A DNA stretch of 48,816 bases. Origin: an uncultured Candidatus Bathyarchaeia archaeon (lineage in GTDB: Archaea; Thermoproteota; Bathyarchaeia; Bathyarchaeales; Bathycorpusculaceae). The stretch covers positions 1-48,816 of the forward strand of contig CAYVGZ010000004.1 of assembly GCA_964450845.1 (NCBI GenBank), given 5' to 3'. Both the position numbers and the translations under genes were made by a program. Positions 36,748 through 45,615 of this stretch are shown here, piece by piece (within the stretch, counting starts at the first letter, position 1; each line of letters starts with the position of its first letter). Under the pieces are notes generated by a model. The model ran no database searches. It saw only the letters and a list, made by a program, of their open reading frames with translations, and was not told the origin of the DNA.

Positions 36748-37702
36748 CCGTCTTCTTCGCTACGAAGGGTTTTCCCCCTGCCCTTTGAATGGCTTCTACA
36801 GTCTCTTGAATCCTTTCGTTTTTTGCCAGTGCTATCATGCATCCGCCTCCGCCGGCACCAGTTAATTTTGCCCCTAAGGCTCCAGCTTTTCTTGCAGCAT
36901 TTATAAGCCATTCTAGGGATTCGTCTGAAACTCCTACTCCGTAAAGTAATGCGTGGTTGATGTTCATTAAATCTCCAAGTGTTTCCAGACTGTTTTCTTT
37001 GAGGGCTTCTATGGCTCTTAAAACAATTTCACGGGCTGCTCTCATGATGGGCTCCACAACACGCGGATACCTTTCATTTATATCCTGCACTTTTTCAACT
37101 TGAGCCCATGTGGACCTTTGTACCCCTGTGTCTCCAACGATGAGCGGAATGTCCATTTTGATGTCTAACGGTTTGAATCCGGTGTCCATTTGAAACAGAA
37201 GTGTTCCGCCAAAAGTTGAAATTGCTGGGTCTATTCCAGATGGAGTGCCATGCACAATCTTTTCCGCTTCATATGTGGTGCGGAAAATTTCTTCTTTTGA
37301 CATCTTTACGTTTAGGAGAGCACTGACCGATGCTGTTACGGCTGCTACGACGGCAGCTGAAGACCCTAATCCAGCAGCAACTGGAACTGTCGAGTTAATT
37401 TCAACGTTTAATCCGACATTTTCTCCATATTTCTCTAAAACTTTTCCTATAACCAGTTTAACAGGTTCAAATTTTGATTTTGCCTCTTTCAGGTCTCCTT
37501 GTTCAATTTTGAATGTTCCGTTTTCAAAACATCCTGCAAGGTTTAGATTTACTGAATGTAAATGGAGGTTTTTGTCGTTGCGGGTTTCTGTCTTTGCATA
37601 GGCTCTTTTGTCTATGGCTACGACTATGGCTGGTTCGCCGTAGACTACGAAGTGTTCTCCGAAAAGTATTATTTTAGCTGGAGCTGAGGCAACAACCCCC
37701 AT
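36719..37702 (-). CDS. mvk: Mevalonate kinase
   Basis: PAKIILFGEHFVVYG, GLGSSAA, HGTPSGID, KLTGAGGGG. Confidence 0.96.
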   Translation of the reverse strand: MGVVASAPAKIILFGEHFVVYGEPAIVVAIDKRAYAKTETRNDKNLHLHSVNLNLAGCFENGTFKIEQGDLKEAKSKFEPVKLVIGKVLEKYGENVGLNVEINSTVPVAAGLGSSAAVVAAVTASVSALLNVKMSKEEIFRTTYEAEKIVHGTPSGIDPAISTFGGTLLFQMDTGFKPLDIKMDIPLIVGDTGVQRSTWAQVEKVQDINERYPRVVEPIMRAAREIVLRAIEALKENSLETLGDLMNINHALLYGVGVSDESLEWLINAARKAGALGAKLTGAGGGGCMIALAKNERIQETVEAIQRAGGKPFVAKKTDEGVKIEQT

Positions 37703-37711
37703 GACTTACCA

Positions 37712-38560
37712 CTATTTTGTGAAACAGACGGCGGCATACCCAACAACGCTTGAGCGGTCGCCAGTTACATCTCCACTGGTTTTATAACTTAATACTTTTG
37801 CCTCTTTTGCACCCAAAATCTTGGCAGCTGTAATCAAAGCTGCGATAGGGCCATATCCACATGCACTTATACGCTCTGCCTCAACAATTGAATAAAACTT
37901 AACTTCATCCATAGCTTCTATGACTTCAAGAGCCATCTTATCCTTTTTCGTGGCTCTTTCTTGTGGTTCGTAATGCGTCATGTCTGAAGAGGCTATAATA
38001 ACCGAATTTTTTCCAGCCAAAACCTTAGCTACTGCTTTTCCAACCTCTCTGGCTGAAGGTAAATCCTGCATTAAGAAACAAATTGGCACAATCTTGAATT
38101 CTGAACCATAAAGATACTGAAGAAATGGAAGCTGAACCTCAATTGAGTGTTCAAAACGGTGAGCAGTCTCGTCAACATCAATGATACGTGATTCATGCAC
38201 AATTTGGTTGGCTGTTTCACCATCTACTTCAACATCGCCTAGAGGCGTGCGCCAAACCCCCTCATTCATTACAGCCAAAGCACTACCATAACCCGTATGA
38301 TTTGGGCTAAAAAGAACCACAACATCCGGTTTACCATCTAAAGCAAGTCTATAATAACTGTGAGCTGCCACGGGACCAGAAAACATGTAACCTGCATGTG
38401 GACAAACTAAACCTACAACCTGCCTCAGACCAGCCTTAGCAACTTCCGGAATTTTTCCTGGTCCGAGCTCGTGAAGAAAACAATTTTCAATTTGGTTTTT
38501 TAATGATTCGGCGTTTCCTTCATAGAAGGCTCCGGCTTGACTTGGACGCCGAACTTTCAT
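37712..38560 (-). CDS. MEMO1/AmmeMemoRadiSam protein B family
   Basis: RPSQAGAFY, PHAGY.FSG, PNH, EHSIEVQLPF, SSDMTHY, CGYGP, VVGY. Confidence 0.93.
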   Translation of the reverse strand: MKVRRPSQAGAFYEGNAESLKNQIENCFLHELGPGKIPEVAKAGLRQVVGLVCPHAGYMFSGPVAAHSYYRLALDGKPDVVVLFSPNHTGYGSALAVMNEGVWRTPLGDVEVDGETANQIVHESRIIDVDETAHRFEHSIEVQLPFLQYLYGSEFKIVPICFLMQDLPSAREVGKAVAKVLAGKNSVIIASSDMTHYEPQERATKKDKMALEVIEAMDEVKFYSIVEAERISACGYGPIAALITAAKILGAKEAKVLSYKTSGDVTGDRSSVVGYAAVCFTK

Positions 38561-38566
38561 ATTCTT

Positions 38567-39250
38567 CTATGTTTCCTCCTCTTCTCGTGAAATCTTGGCC
38601 TCGAAGTCCTCAATTGTTAAAGGTAAATCCTTGTCGGGTGCTAATTCGCCCTTCTCCCGCAATATTTGCCTAGCCAAAAGCCAATAGACAACAGCCAAAG
38701 CTCTTCTGCCCTTATTATTTGTTGGAATAACTAAGTCTACTCCAGAAAATTCGTTGTCCGTACTGCACAAAGCCACCACGGGTATGCCCGCTGAGGATGC
38801 TTCTTTAACTGCTTGAAAATCTGCCCTGGGGTCGGATACAATTAGCACTTCAGGTTCGATGCGGTTTGCGTATAATGGGTTTGATAAGAGTCCTGGAATG
38901 AAGCGTCCGATCACCGGAGTTGCTCTGATTGTTTCGCAGAATTTCGTGACCGGTTCTTGAGCGTAAAGTCTGGCTGCAGCTGCGGCGATTTTTGCTGGTT
39001 CGAATCTTGCTAGAAATTTTGCAGTGGCTCTTATGCGGTCATCCGTCTTTTTGACGTCTAAGACAAATAGTCCGTCTGATCTGACGCGGTATATGAACTG
39101 TTCCATGTCCTTTGTTTTCATTCTAGTTCCAATATGTATTCCTGCAGATAGGAGTGTATCCCGCGGCAGTAGAAGTTCTTCTGCAACTACTGCTGTTTCA
39201 TCCTCGGATTTTTCTTCTTCTTCGGTTTCCTTAATTTCTTCATCTGGCAA
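38567..39250 (-). CDS. rps2: 30S ribosomal protein S2
   Basis: [26 protein letters not shown]; acidic N-terminal extension. Confidence 0.96.
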   Translation of the reverse strand: MPDEEIKETEEEEKSEDETAVVAEELLLPRDTLLSAGIHIGTRMKTKDMEQFIYRVRSDGLFVLDVKKTDDRIRATAKFLARFEPAKIAAAAARLYAQEPVTKFCETIRATPVIGRFIPGLLSNPLYANRIEPEVLIVSDPRADFQAVKEASSAGIPVVALCSTDNEFSGVDLVIPTNNKGRRALAVVYWLLARQILREKGELAPDKDLPLTIEDFEAKISREEEET

Positions 39251-39263
39251 TGTTTCATCCCTC

Positions 39264-40517
39264 TTAAACGATTTGAAGATCAGCCATTTTAGCTCTATCT
39301 CCTAAAAACTCCTCTATCCTTATTAACTCGTTTATCTTTGCAATTCGTGCTCCTTCAACAATTCCCGTCTTTATTATTGGACACTTAAATGCTACAGCCA
39401 AGTGAGCTATGTGCCAGTCACATGTGTCACCTGAACGATGCGACATCACTGGTACGTATCCATTTCTATTTGCCATTTCGACAGTCTCCCAAGCGTCTGT
39501 GAGTGTACCAACCTGATTTACTTTAATTATAACTGCGTTAGCTGCATGCATTTTTATTCCATGGCTTAATCTTTCATTGTTTGTAACGAAAAGGTCGTCG
39601 CCGCAAATCAAACAGTTTCCAACTTTCTTGGTTAATTCTGCAAAACCTTCGTAGTCTTCCTCATGTAAAGGGTCCTCAACATAAACTAGGTGATATTTGT
39701 TGATAAGCTTTAAAATGAATTCTAATTGTTCGCCTGGGTCTCGTTTTTTCTTTTCCCTTTGATAAATGTAAGCTTCTCTTTTTCCATTCCATAGGGAAGA
39801 CGCGGCAACGTCAATACCGAAACCACATTCAAAACCCAATTCGTCGCCGACTTCTTCACATGCGTCAGCCAAAACTTCAAGCGCATCTAAACTTCCAACG
39901 TCTGCAATCCAAGCACCTTCGTCGCTTCTTCCACCGCTGAAAAGTTTGTCCTTCTTTTTTAGGATGACGCCAATTCTTTTGTGAATTTGAGCATTAGCTG
40001 TAGCAGCTTCAAGGAAGGACTCAGCTCCGTGAGGAAGAATCAGAAACTCCTGTATATCTGGAGAGTTTCCTTGTGTGTGTTTTCCACCGCTTATTACGTT
40101 TCCAAGGGGATATGGGAGCCTATGGGCAACGTGTCCTCCTAAATATTGGAGGAGAAGTAGACCATAAGAATTTGCGGCTGCCTCTGCATTAGCCAATGAG
40201 ATGGCGAAAGCTGTGTTTCCGCCTATAACTCTGAAATCCTTTGAATCGTCAATTTCATGTAATGTTCTATCTATTTCTTCTTGAAAATCAGCATTCAATC
40301 CGACAATTTCTGGGGCTATAAGTTCTTCAACTTTTTTTAGTGTTTGGTCTACTCCGCCTTGTGGATAATATAATACTTCAGCTTTTCCACGGCTTTCTCC
40401 AGCAGGGGCAGAGATTCTTCCAAAACCTGACGTTGTTATGACATCAACTTCTATTGTTTCTTCTCCTCGGGAGTTGAAAACTTTTCTCGCAATTATGTCT
40501 TCAATGACTGTCGACAT
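39264..40517 (-). CDS. eno: Enolase
   Basis: [45 protein letters not shown]. Start ATG at 40517 follows AGGAG; the ORF is open to 40616. Confidence 0.94.
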   Translation of the reverse strand: MSTVIEDIIARKVFNSRGEETIEVDVITTSGFGRISAPAGESRGKAEVLYYPQGGVDQTLKKVEELIAPEIVGLNADFQEEIDRTLHEIDDSKDFRVIGGNTAFAISLANAEAAANSYGLLLLQYLGGHVAHRLPYPLGNVISGGKHTQGNSPDIQEFLILPHGAESFLEAATANAQIHKRIGVILKKKDKLFSGGRSDEGAWIADVGSLDALEVLADACEEVGDELGFECGFGIDVAASSLWNGKREAYIYQREKKKRDPGEQLEFILKLINKYHLVYVEDPLHEEDYEGFAELTKKVGNCLICGDDLFVTNNERLSHGIKMHAANAVIIKVNQVGTLTDAWETVEMANRNGYVPVMSHRSGDTCDWHIAHLAVAFKCPIIKTGIVEGARIAKINELIRIEEFLGDRAKMADLQIV

Positions 40518-40539
40518 GGTTTTCTCCTTTGTTATTTCC

Positions 40540-40770
40540 TTAATAATAGCTTCTTGCTTCTTTTCGTTTTTCAGCCTCTTCGTAAAAGCGTAGGACTTCG
40601 TCGATGATTTCCACATGCGATAATAACATGCGTCTGCAACAGTACCGTTTAATTCCTAAACTGTCTAGAACTTCGCCTGCCTTCTCTCCGGCTTTAACTC
40701 TTGTGGCGAATTCTTCCCATGCGTCTCCAATTAATTTGCCACATGTAAAACATCTTACTGGTATAATCAT
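40540..40770 (-). CDS. rpoN: RNA polymerase subunit N (Rpo10)
   Basis: [12 protein letters not shown]...[11 protein letters not shown]. Confidence 0.97.
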   Translation of the reverse strand: MIIPVRCFTCGKLIGDAWEEFATRVKAGEKAGEVLDSLGIKRYCCRRMLLSHVEIIDEVLRFYEEAEKRKEARSYY

Positions 40771-40785
40771 CTAATTCAGCCTCCC

Positions 40786-41199
40786 CTATCTGTAGCTTTT
40801 CTGGTCCTTAGCTCGGGCTCCTGGTCCTCCAAACTTTTTAGGTTCTTTTATTCGCGAATCTCCAGCAAGCAAAGTTCTATCATATTCTGCATACACTCTT
40901 TTCAGATGCGGACTTTTTTTGTTCCATTCCCATAATCCTCTCGCAATAGCCATTCTTGCTGCTTCTGCTTGTCCCATGAAGCCTCCTCCTGAAACCTTAA
41001 TGTTCATGTCTAACTGTTTCCAAACATCATCTCCAGCTTGTATAAGTGGCTCCATAATTTTTTCTCGGGCGATTTTAGGTTCAAAAATTTCTATTGGGGT
41101 TCTGTTTATGCGTATTCTTCCAATTCCAGGTTTGGCAACGGCTCGTGCCATGGCTGTTTTCCTTTTTCCACTAACAACTAAAACCTTTTTAGCTGGCAT
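40786..41199 (-). CDS. rps9: 30S ribosomal protein S9
   Basis: GKRKTAMA, GGGFMGQAEAAR, EPKKFGGPGAR..QKSYR. Confidence 0.97.
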   Translation of the reverse strand: MPAKKVLVVSGKRKTAMARAVAKPGIGRIRINRTPIEIFEPKIAREKIMEPLIQAGDDVWKQLDMNIKVSGGGFMGQAEAARMAIARGLWEWNKKSPHLKRVYAEYDRTLLAGDSRIKEPKKFGGPGARAKDQKSYR

Positions 41200-41201
41200 A
41201 T

Positions 41202-41657
41202 TTATTCACCTGGATTCCATCCTATTTCTTTCGCGAGTTCGCCGACAGTAAAGGATTGGCATGTTAACTTTTCAGCTCGAGCATCCATTAGAGTTTCTAT
41301 TTTTTTGTCTTTAAGTTCGTCTGGTATTCCAATAAACACTTTGAGCCGCTTGTATGCTTGTTTGCCCTTTGGTTGTTTGTATGGGAGCATGCCTCTCACG
41401 GTTCTTCTAACTATTCTGTCTGGTTTTCTATAATGGAATGGACCTTTTTCTGGATATCCTGCTTCCAAGAATTTTTTAGCTTCTTTTACTTTCATTTTCC
41501 TTTTTCCAGAAAGCACAGCCTTTTCAGAATTTACAATAGCTATTTCTTCTCCATTTAGCAATCGTTTAGCAACAATACTCGCCATTCTACCTATAACGAG
41601 TCCATCCGCACTTACTATGGAGGCTGTCTTGCTTATTTTTTGCATTTTCTCACCCAA
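41202..41657 (-). CDS. rpl13: 50S ribosomal protein L13
   Basis: GLVIGRMAS.VAK, VRGMLP, RLKVFIG.P. Confidence 0.96.
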   Translation of the reverse strand: MGEKMQKISKTASIVSADGLVIGRMASIVAKRLLNGEEIAIVNSEKAVLSGKRKMKVKEAKKFLEAGYPEKGPFHYRKPDRIVRRTVRGMLPYKQPKGKQAYKRLKVFIGIPDELKDKKIETLMDARAEKLTCQSFTVGELAKEIGWNPGE

Positions 41658-42012
41658 TTATCCTGACCTTTGAGCCTTTTGGATTTTTCTTCATTAAGTC
41701 AAAAAATGATAGACATCTGCCCCTTCTGACTTTTATCTTCTCCTTTGCTTTTTCAGAGAAAGCAAACGCCGCCACTGTTACTGCATGGCGCATTTCGCCT
41801 GACCCTAATAGCTTGCCCGGAACCACTACCATTTCATTCCGTTGTGTATATCTGTTTAGGTGGCTTATGTTTACAGCTATGCGTTTCCTTTTAGGTTTAG
41901 CCAAGCGTTCAGCAATGTCCCACCAAATGTCAGCCTTGTTTTCTCTGCTTTGCTTCTTTAGAAAACTGATGAGCTCTATAAGCTCTGGATTTGTCGTTTT
42001 AGCTTTCTTCAC
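41650..42012 (-). CDS. rpl18e: 50S ribosomal protein L18e
   Basis: KTTNP, VNISHLNR, VVPGKLLG.G, NPKGSKVRIIG. Confidence 0.96.
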   Translation of the reverse strand: MKKAKTTNPELIELISFLKKQSRENKADIWWDIAERLAKPKRKRIAVNISHLNRYTQRNEMVVVPGKLLGSGEMRHAVTVAAFAFSEKAKEKIKVRRGRCLSFFDLMKKNPKGSKVRIIG

Positions 42013-42820
42013 CTTTCCTCACCTTGATTTGACTTTCAAATTCTTTTAGCTGTTTATCCATAATTTTAATGGCTTCTGAGAGTATTCTCGCTGAGGGAAG
42101 CGCACCCGTGGATTCAAGGTTGAATATGAATGCGTTTTCTTCCCACATGATTTTTATTGCTTTGGGATTTTGCGGACAGACGTTAACACAGTCTTCGCAG
42201 AGGGTACATGCCATCAAATCACGAACTTCTATCTTATTATCTGTCTTTGCAAGAACTTTTCTTGGACAAATCTCTACACATTTTCCACAAGCATCGCAAC
42301 TTTTGGAGATTTCTATTTTTGGTAAATATTTGTACGTGCACATTGAAACTGGCTGCCACTTTGCATGATTCTTTCCTTTTCCGAGTCTTGCATAAGCTTC
42401 CAGCCTCAATTTTTGTTCCTTCGCCAGTTTTATTATTGGGATTTTGTCGCTTACTGGCACTATATTCGGGTTTTCCGATTTTAATTCGCCTGAATAAACT
42501 GTTCTTGTTCCCTCTTTTGATTCCACGTCTAATGTAAGGGTAACTCTGCAAAGGTTGCATCCAAATTCGCTTTTACACGGACATTCTTCAGGCAAGTTAT
42601 AACTATCTAAGTCTGTTTTAAGAGGGATAAGCCCAAGCCTGTGGGCTATAATTTCATCCTGCAATATGGAAGAGTTCTCAATCATTACAACTTCATCCAC
42701 AGCCATGCATGGAACTTCAGCAAGTATTATCCTTCTTAAGGCGTTCATAAACGGAACGTTAACTCCTCGAATGAGCAAACGCATACTATTCTCATTTTTT
42801 TCCAGTGTTTCAATTTCCAC
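41999..42820 (-). CDS. rpoD: RNA polymerase subunit D (Rpo3) with a 2[4Fe-4S] ferredoxin-like insert
   Basis: NALRR, DEIIAHRLGLIP, GKNHAKW, CDACGKCVEICP and CTLCEDCVNVCP. The ORF is open to 42868; likely start is GTG at 42820. Confidence 0.95.
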   Translation of the reverse strand: MEIETLEKNENSMRLLIRGVNVPFMNALRRIILAEVPCMAVDEVVMIENSSILQDEIIAHRLGLIPLKTDLDSYNLPEECPCKSEFGCNLCRVTLTLDVESKEGTRTVYSGELKSENPNIVPVSDKIPIIKLAKEQKLRLEAYARLGKGKNHAKWQPVSMCTYKYLPKIEISKSCDACGKCVEICPRKVLAKTDNKIEVRDLMACTLCEDCVNVCPQNPKAIKIMWEENAFIFNLESTGALPSARILSEAIKIMDKQLKEFESQIKVRKGEES

Positions 42821-42925
42821 TTGTTTAGACACTCCATAATGGATTATGATAACCACTGTGCCGTTCAATAGAATACTAGTGGGTTATTTCAATTTTTCTG
42901 TTAACAGAAGAGCAACATAAACCTG

Positions 42926-43330
42926 TTAAACTCTTCTTCCCCTTCTTCCGCCTGATCTTCGTGTACCATCGTGTGGAATTGGCGTAACTTCTTCAATTCG
43001 TCCTATTTGGAAACCCGCCCTCGCTAGGGCTCTTATAGCTGCTTGGGCGCCTGGACCTGGGGTTCTTGGTCCTGATCCTCCTGGGGCTCTTACTTTGATG
43101 TGTATGGCTGTTATTCCTTTGTCTTTGGCCACTTCTGCCGTTGCTGATGCTGACCGCATAGCTGCGTAGGGTGAAGATTCCATTCTGTCTGCTTTAACAA
43201 ACATTCCGCCGGATGCTCTGGCTATTGTTTCTGCGCCTGAAATGTCTGTTATGTGGATTAACGTGTTGTTGTAGGAGCTGTAAATGTGGACGACAGCCCA
43301 TTTCTCAGTTTTCTTGCTGGAACTGCTCAT
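42926..43330 (-). CDS. rps11: 30S ribosomal protein S11
   Basis: [38 protein letters not shown]. Confidence 0.97.
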   Translation of the reverse strand: MSSSSKKTEKWAVVHIYSSYNNTLIHITDISGAETIARASGGMFVKADRMESSPYAAMRSASATAEVAKDKGITAIHIKVRAPGGSGPRTPGPGAQAAIRALARAGFQIGRIEEVTPIPHDGTRRSGGRRGRRV

Positions 43331-43899
43331 TATTCTTCCTCCGTTCCTGCTTTTCTTGATTTAGTCTCTGGCGTGACTGCAACCGCCACTGTTTGGCGTA
43401 GAGGATGACTTGGATTTGAAAAGGGGCTTTTAGGCGCGTACGCTATTTGGTTTTCCTCTTCCTTTGTTACAATATAGCTTGGCACGGTGACTCTTTGATT
43501 TCCTATCGTTATGTGCCCATGAATTATTAGTTGACGAGTCTGATAGATTGTTTTAGCCAAGCCTTTACGGAAAACAATTGTTTGAAGTCTCCGCTCAAGA
43601 ATATCTTCTATCGTCAAGTCTAAAACGTTATCCAAAACTGCTGTTTCATGAAGCACGCCGAGTTTTTTCAAACGGACTAGAAGTTCCTCTTCCATTCTTT
43701 TTCGTTCTTCAGGTGGTTTACCTATAAGCGAACGGGCTATTCCTCTAAACTTTGACAGCATGGTCTCATGGCGCCATAATTCATGTTTGTTTCTCAAACC
43801 ATACTGACCCAAAAGTTTGAGTTCCTCTTTCAAGACGTCAGTCCGCCATGGGAAACGCGGCGTTGCATATTTTTTTCTTTGTTTCTTTGGGTCGCCCAT
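43330..43899 (-). CDS. rps4: 30S ribosomal protein S4
   Basis: [32 protein letters not shown]. Confidence 0.97.
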   Translation of the reverse strand: MGDPKKQRKKYATPRFPWRTDVLKEELKLLGQYGLRNKHELWRHETMLSKFRGIARSLIGKPPEERKRMEEELLVRLKKLGVLHETAVLDNVLDLTIEDILERRLQTIVFRKGLAKTIYQTRQLIIHGHITIGNQRVTVPSYIVTKEEENQIAYAPKSPFSNPSHPLRQTVAVAVTPETKSRKAGTEEE

Positions 43900-43901
43900 A
43901 C

Positions 43902-44378
43902 CTACTTACCTTCTGCCGGCGCCGTTGGTCTAAGAAGTTTCTTTTTGACTCCGAGGGCTTTTCCTGATCTTCCAGTGGTTTTGGTCCTTTGTCCCCGCAC
44001 TTTTAGTCCATAAGCGTGCCGATATCCTCGCCATGATCTCATTTCTTTCATCTGCTCAATGTCCATTTTTGTCCTTAAAACAAGATCTGCGCTGATTAGG
44101 TGCTTGTCTTTTCCAGTTTCTAATTCTTTCCTCCTGTTTATGAGCCAGCTTGGAATTCCATATTTTGTTGGTTCCCTTATTATTTCCTCTATTTTGTCAA
44201 CATCAGCCTCTGTGAGAAAACCTGCCCTCGTGTTCGGATTAATCTCGGCTTTTTTTAATATTGCGTTTGCCATGCAGAGGCTTATTCCTTTGATTTTCTT
44301 CAAGGCGTAAGGCGCTTTTAGGGTGCCATCTACGTCTTTGTCTATTATTCGGAGTATGTGGCGGAATTCCTCTGTCAT
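43902..44378 (-). CDS. rps13: 30S ribosomal protein S13
   Basis: IKGI, P.WLINRRK, SWRGYRHAYGLKVRGQRT. Confidence 0.97.
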   Translation of the reverse strand: MTEEFRHILRIIDKDVDGTLKAPYALKKIKGISLCMANAILKKAEINPNTRAGFLTEADVDKIEEIIREPTKYGIPSWLINRRKELETGKDKHLISADLVLRTKMDIEQMKEMRSWRGYRHAYGLKVRGQRTKTTGRSGKALGVKKKLLRPTAPAEGK

Positions 44379-44430
44379 TTATTGCCATCCGTTACATTGT
44401 TTGAAGCTAACTACGAAATAAACCATAGTT

Positions 44431-44444
44431 TATTTAAACCTTCC
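44431..44444 (-). promoter_or_regulatory. BRE + TATA box of the rps13 operon
   Basis: The minus strand reads GGAAGG-TTTAAATA, 53 nt upstream of the rps13 ATG. Confidence 0.65.
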
Positions 44445-44468
44445 TTTACGCTTTTTCTTAAACTTCAG

Positions 44469-45362
44469 CTATATTTTCTTCTCGTAAACTATTTCTGTCG
44501 TTTCTTGCTTTTCAAAACCAAGCTTTTCTAAGGCTGTGATTATTGGCTTGTGACTGCATGTAAATCCGTAAATCTTTTTTATGCCTAAAGTATGGCAGTG
44601 GCTCTTAAGAAATCTTGTCATATCAAATATTGCGTTAAAATTGCCGTCTATATAACATGTTTGTATGGTGTTTTCATGCCATTCTTGAGCTGTTACATTG
44701 TCAATCAGCATTATGCCATCTATTTTGTTCGTTTCGTTCAGGTGCAGTATTGCTTTTCGTTGTTCAATAAACCGTTTAAGGTCTTCTTTTTCCAGTGAAA
44801 ACCAATGAAATAGGACAGTGTATAAGCCAGCTGCTTTGCGATAAGTTTGTGACATTTGCAAATAGTTCCATATGGCGTTTGTGTCGGTTTTTTCTGCCCA
44901 TTTTGAATTTTTGCTATTTTCCCTTGCTATTTTTTCTGTTGTCATTTCAGCGAATCGTGATATTGGTTTGAACCCGAGTTTTTTGATAGTTGCTTGGGCG
45001 GCTGTGTTATCTGATTCTGTTGTGAGTCTTGCCACTTTTACACCTTTCCGTTTAGCGTAGTCTAAGCATTTTTTGGTTATTGCCGTGGCGGCTCCCATTC
45101 GCCTATAATGTGGGTCTGTTCTTGCTCCGCTTAGCCATATTTCATGCGGTTTGTCCATGCTTAGGTGGGATATTCCCACAGCCACTTTGTCTATTGTGGC
45201 TACGAACACTCTGCCGTTTTTTTCTTTTAGCCACTTATCCCACACTTTTGGTATGTAATCGCCCCAACTCCACGTTTTCTTGCAGAACTTGAACACTGCC
45301 TCACGGTCGGAAGCGTGTGCTTTTCGCACGTGAATTTTTGGCTTTGATTTGTTGTTTTTCAT
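44469..45362 (-). CDS. GNAT-family N-acetyltransferase
   Basis: GARTDPHYRRMGAAT (motif A R/Q-x-x-G-x-A), N.AAQ..IKKLGF; degenerate second GNAT-like half ending LEKLGF. Confidence 0.85.
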   Translation of the reverse strand: MKNNKSKPKIHVRKAHASDREAVFKFCKKTWSWGDYIPKVWDKWLKEKNGRVFVATIDKVAVGISHLSMDKPHEIWLSGARTDPHYRRMGAATAITKKCLDYAKRKGVKVARLTTESDNTAAQATIKKLGFKPISRFAEMTTEKIARENSKNSKWAEKTDTNAIWNYLQMSQTYRKAAGLYTVLFHWFSLEKEDLKRFIEQRKAILHLNETNKIDGIMLIDNVTAQEWHENTIQTCYIDGNFNAIFDMTRFLKSHCHTLGIKKIYGFTCSHKPIITALEKLGFEKQETTEIVYEKKI

Positions 45363-45615
45363 TACCGTTTATGAAATTGTAGAAAAGTCTAATGAAGTTT
45401 CCGATTTAGGTAGGTAACTTGAGTGACTTAGTTTTGACTAGTATGTTGAAGTAGCTGTACGAGTGGGTGAGGTTCAGAATACTTCGCGTGCCACAAGTGC
45501 ACCCTAGAGGGATTATGAAGATATTGCCAAATACAGAATATGCGCCTGATAAGATTTTCCACGTTCAGAATATGCCATGTATTGAAGGGGAATAAAAAAT
45601 GGGGAATAGTTTGTC

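Noticed and set aside
39264-40517. Possibly inactive enolase (PAGESRG instead of PSGASTG; SGDT instead of SGET)
   Set aside because: The catalytic and Mg-binding residues (GGKH, QEF, DEG, EDP, GDD, KVNQ, SHR, IKTG) are all present.
45363-45615. Possible tRNA near rps13, where archaea often have one (GGTTCAGAAT resembles a T-loop)
   Set aside because: I could not build a cloverleaf; there is no T-stem or acceptor-stem pairing.
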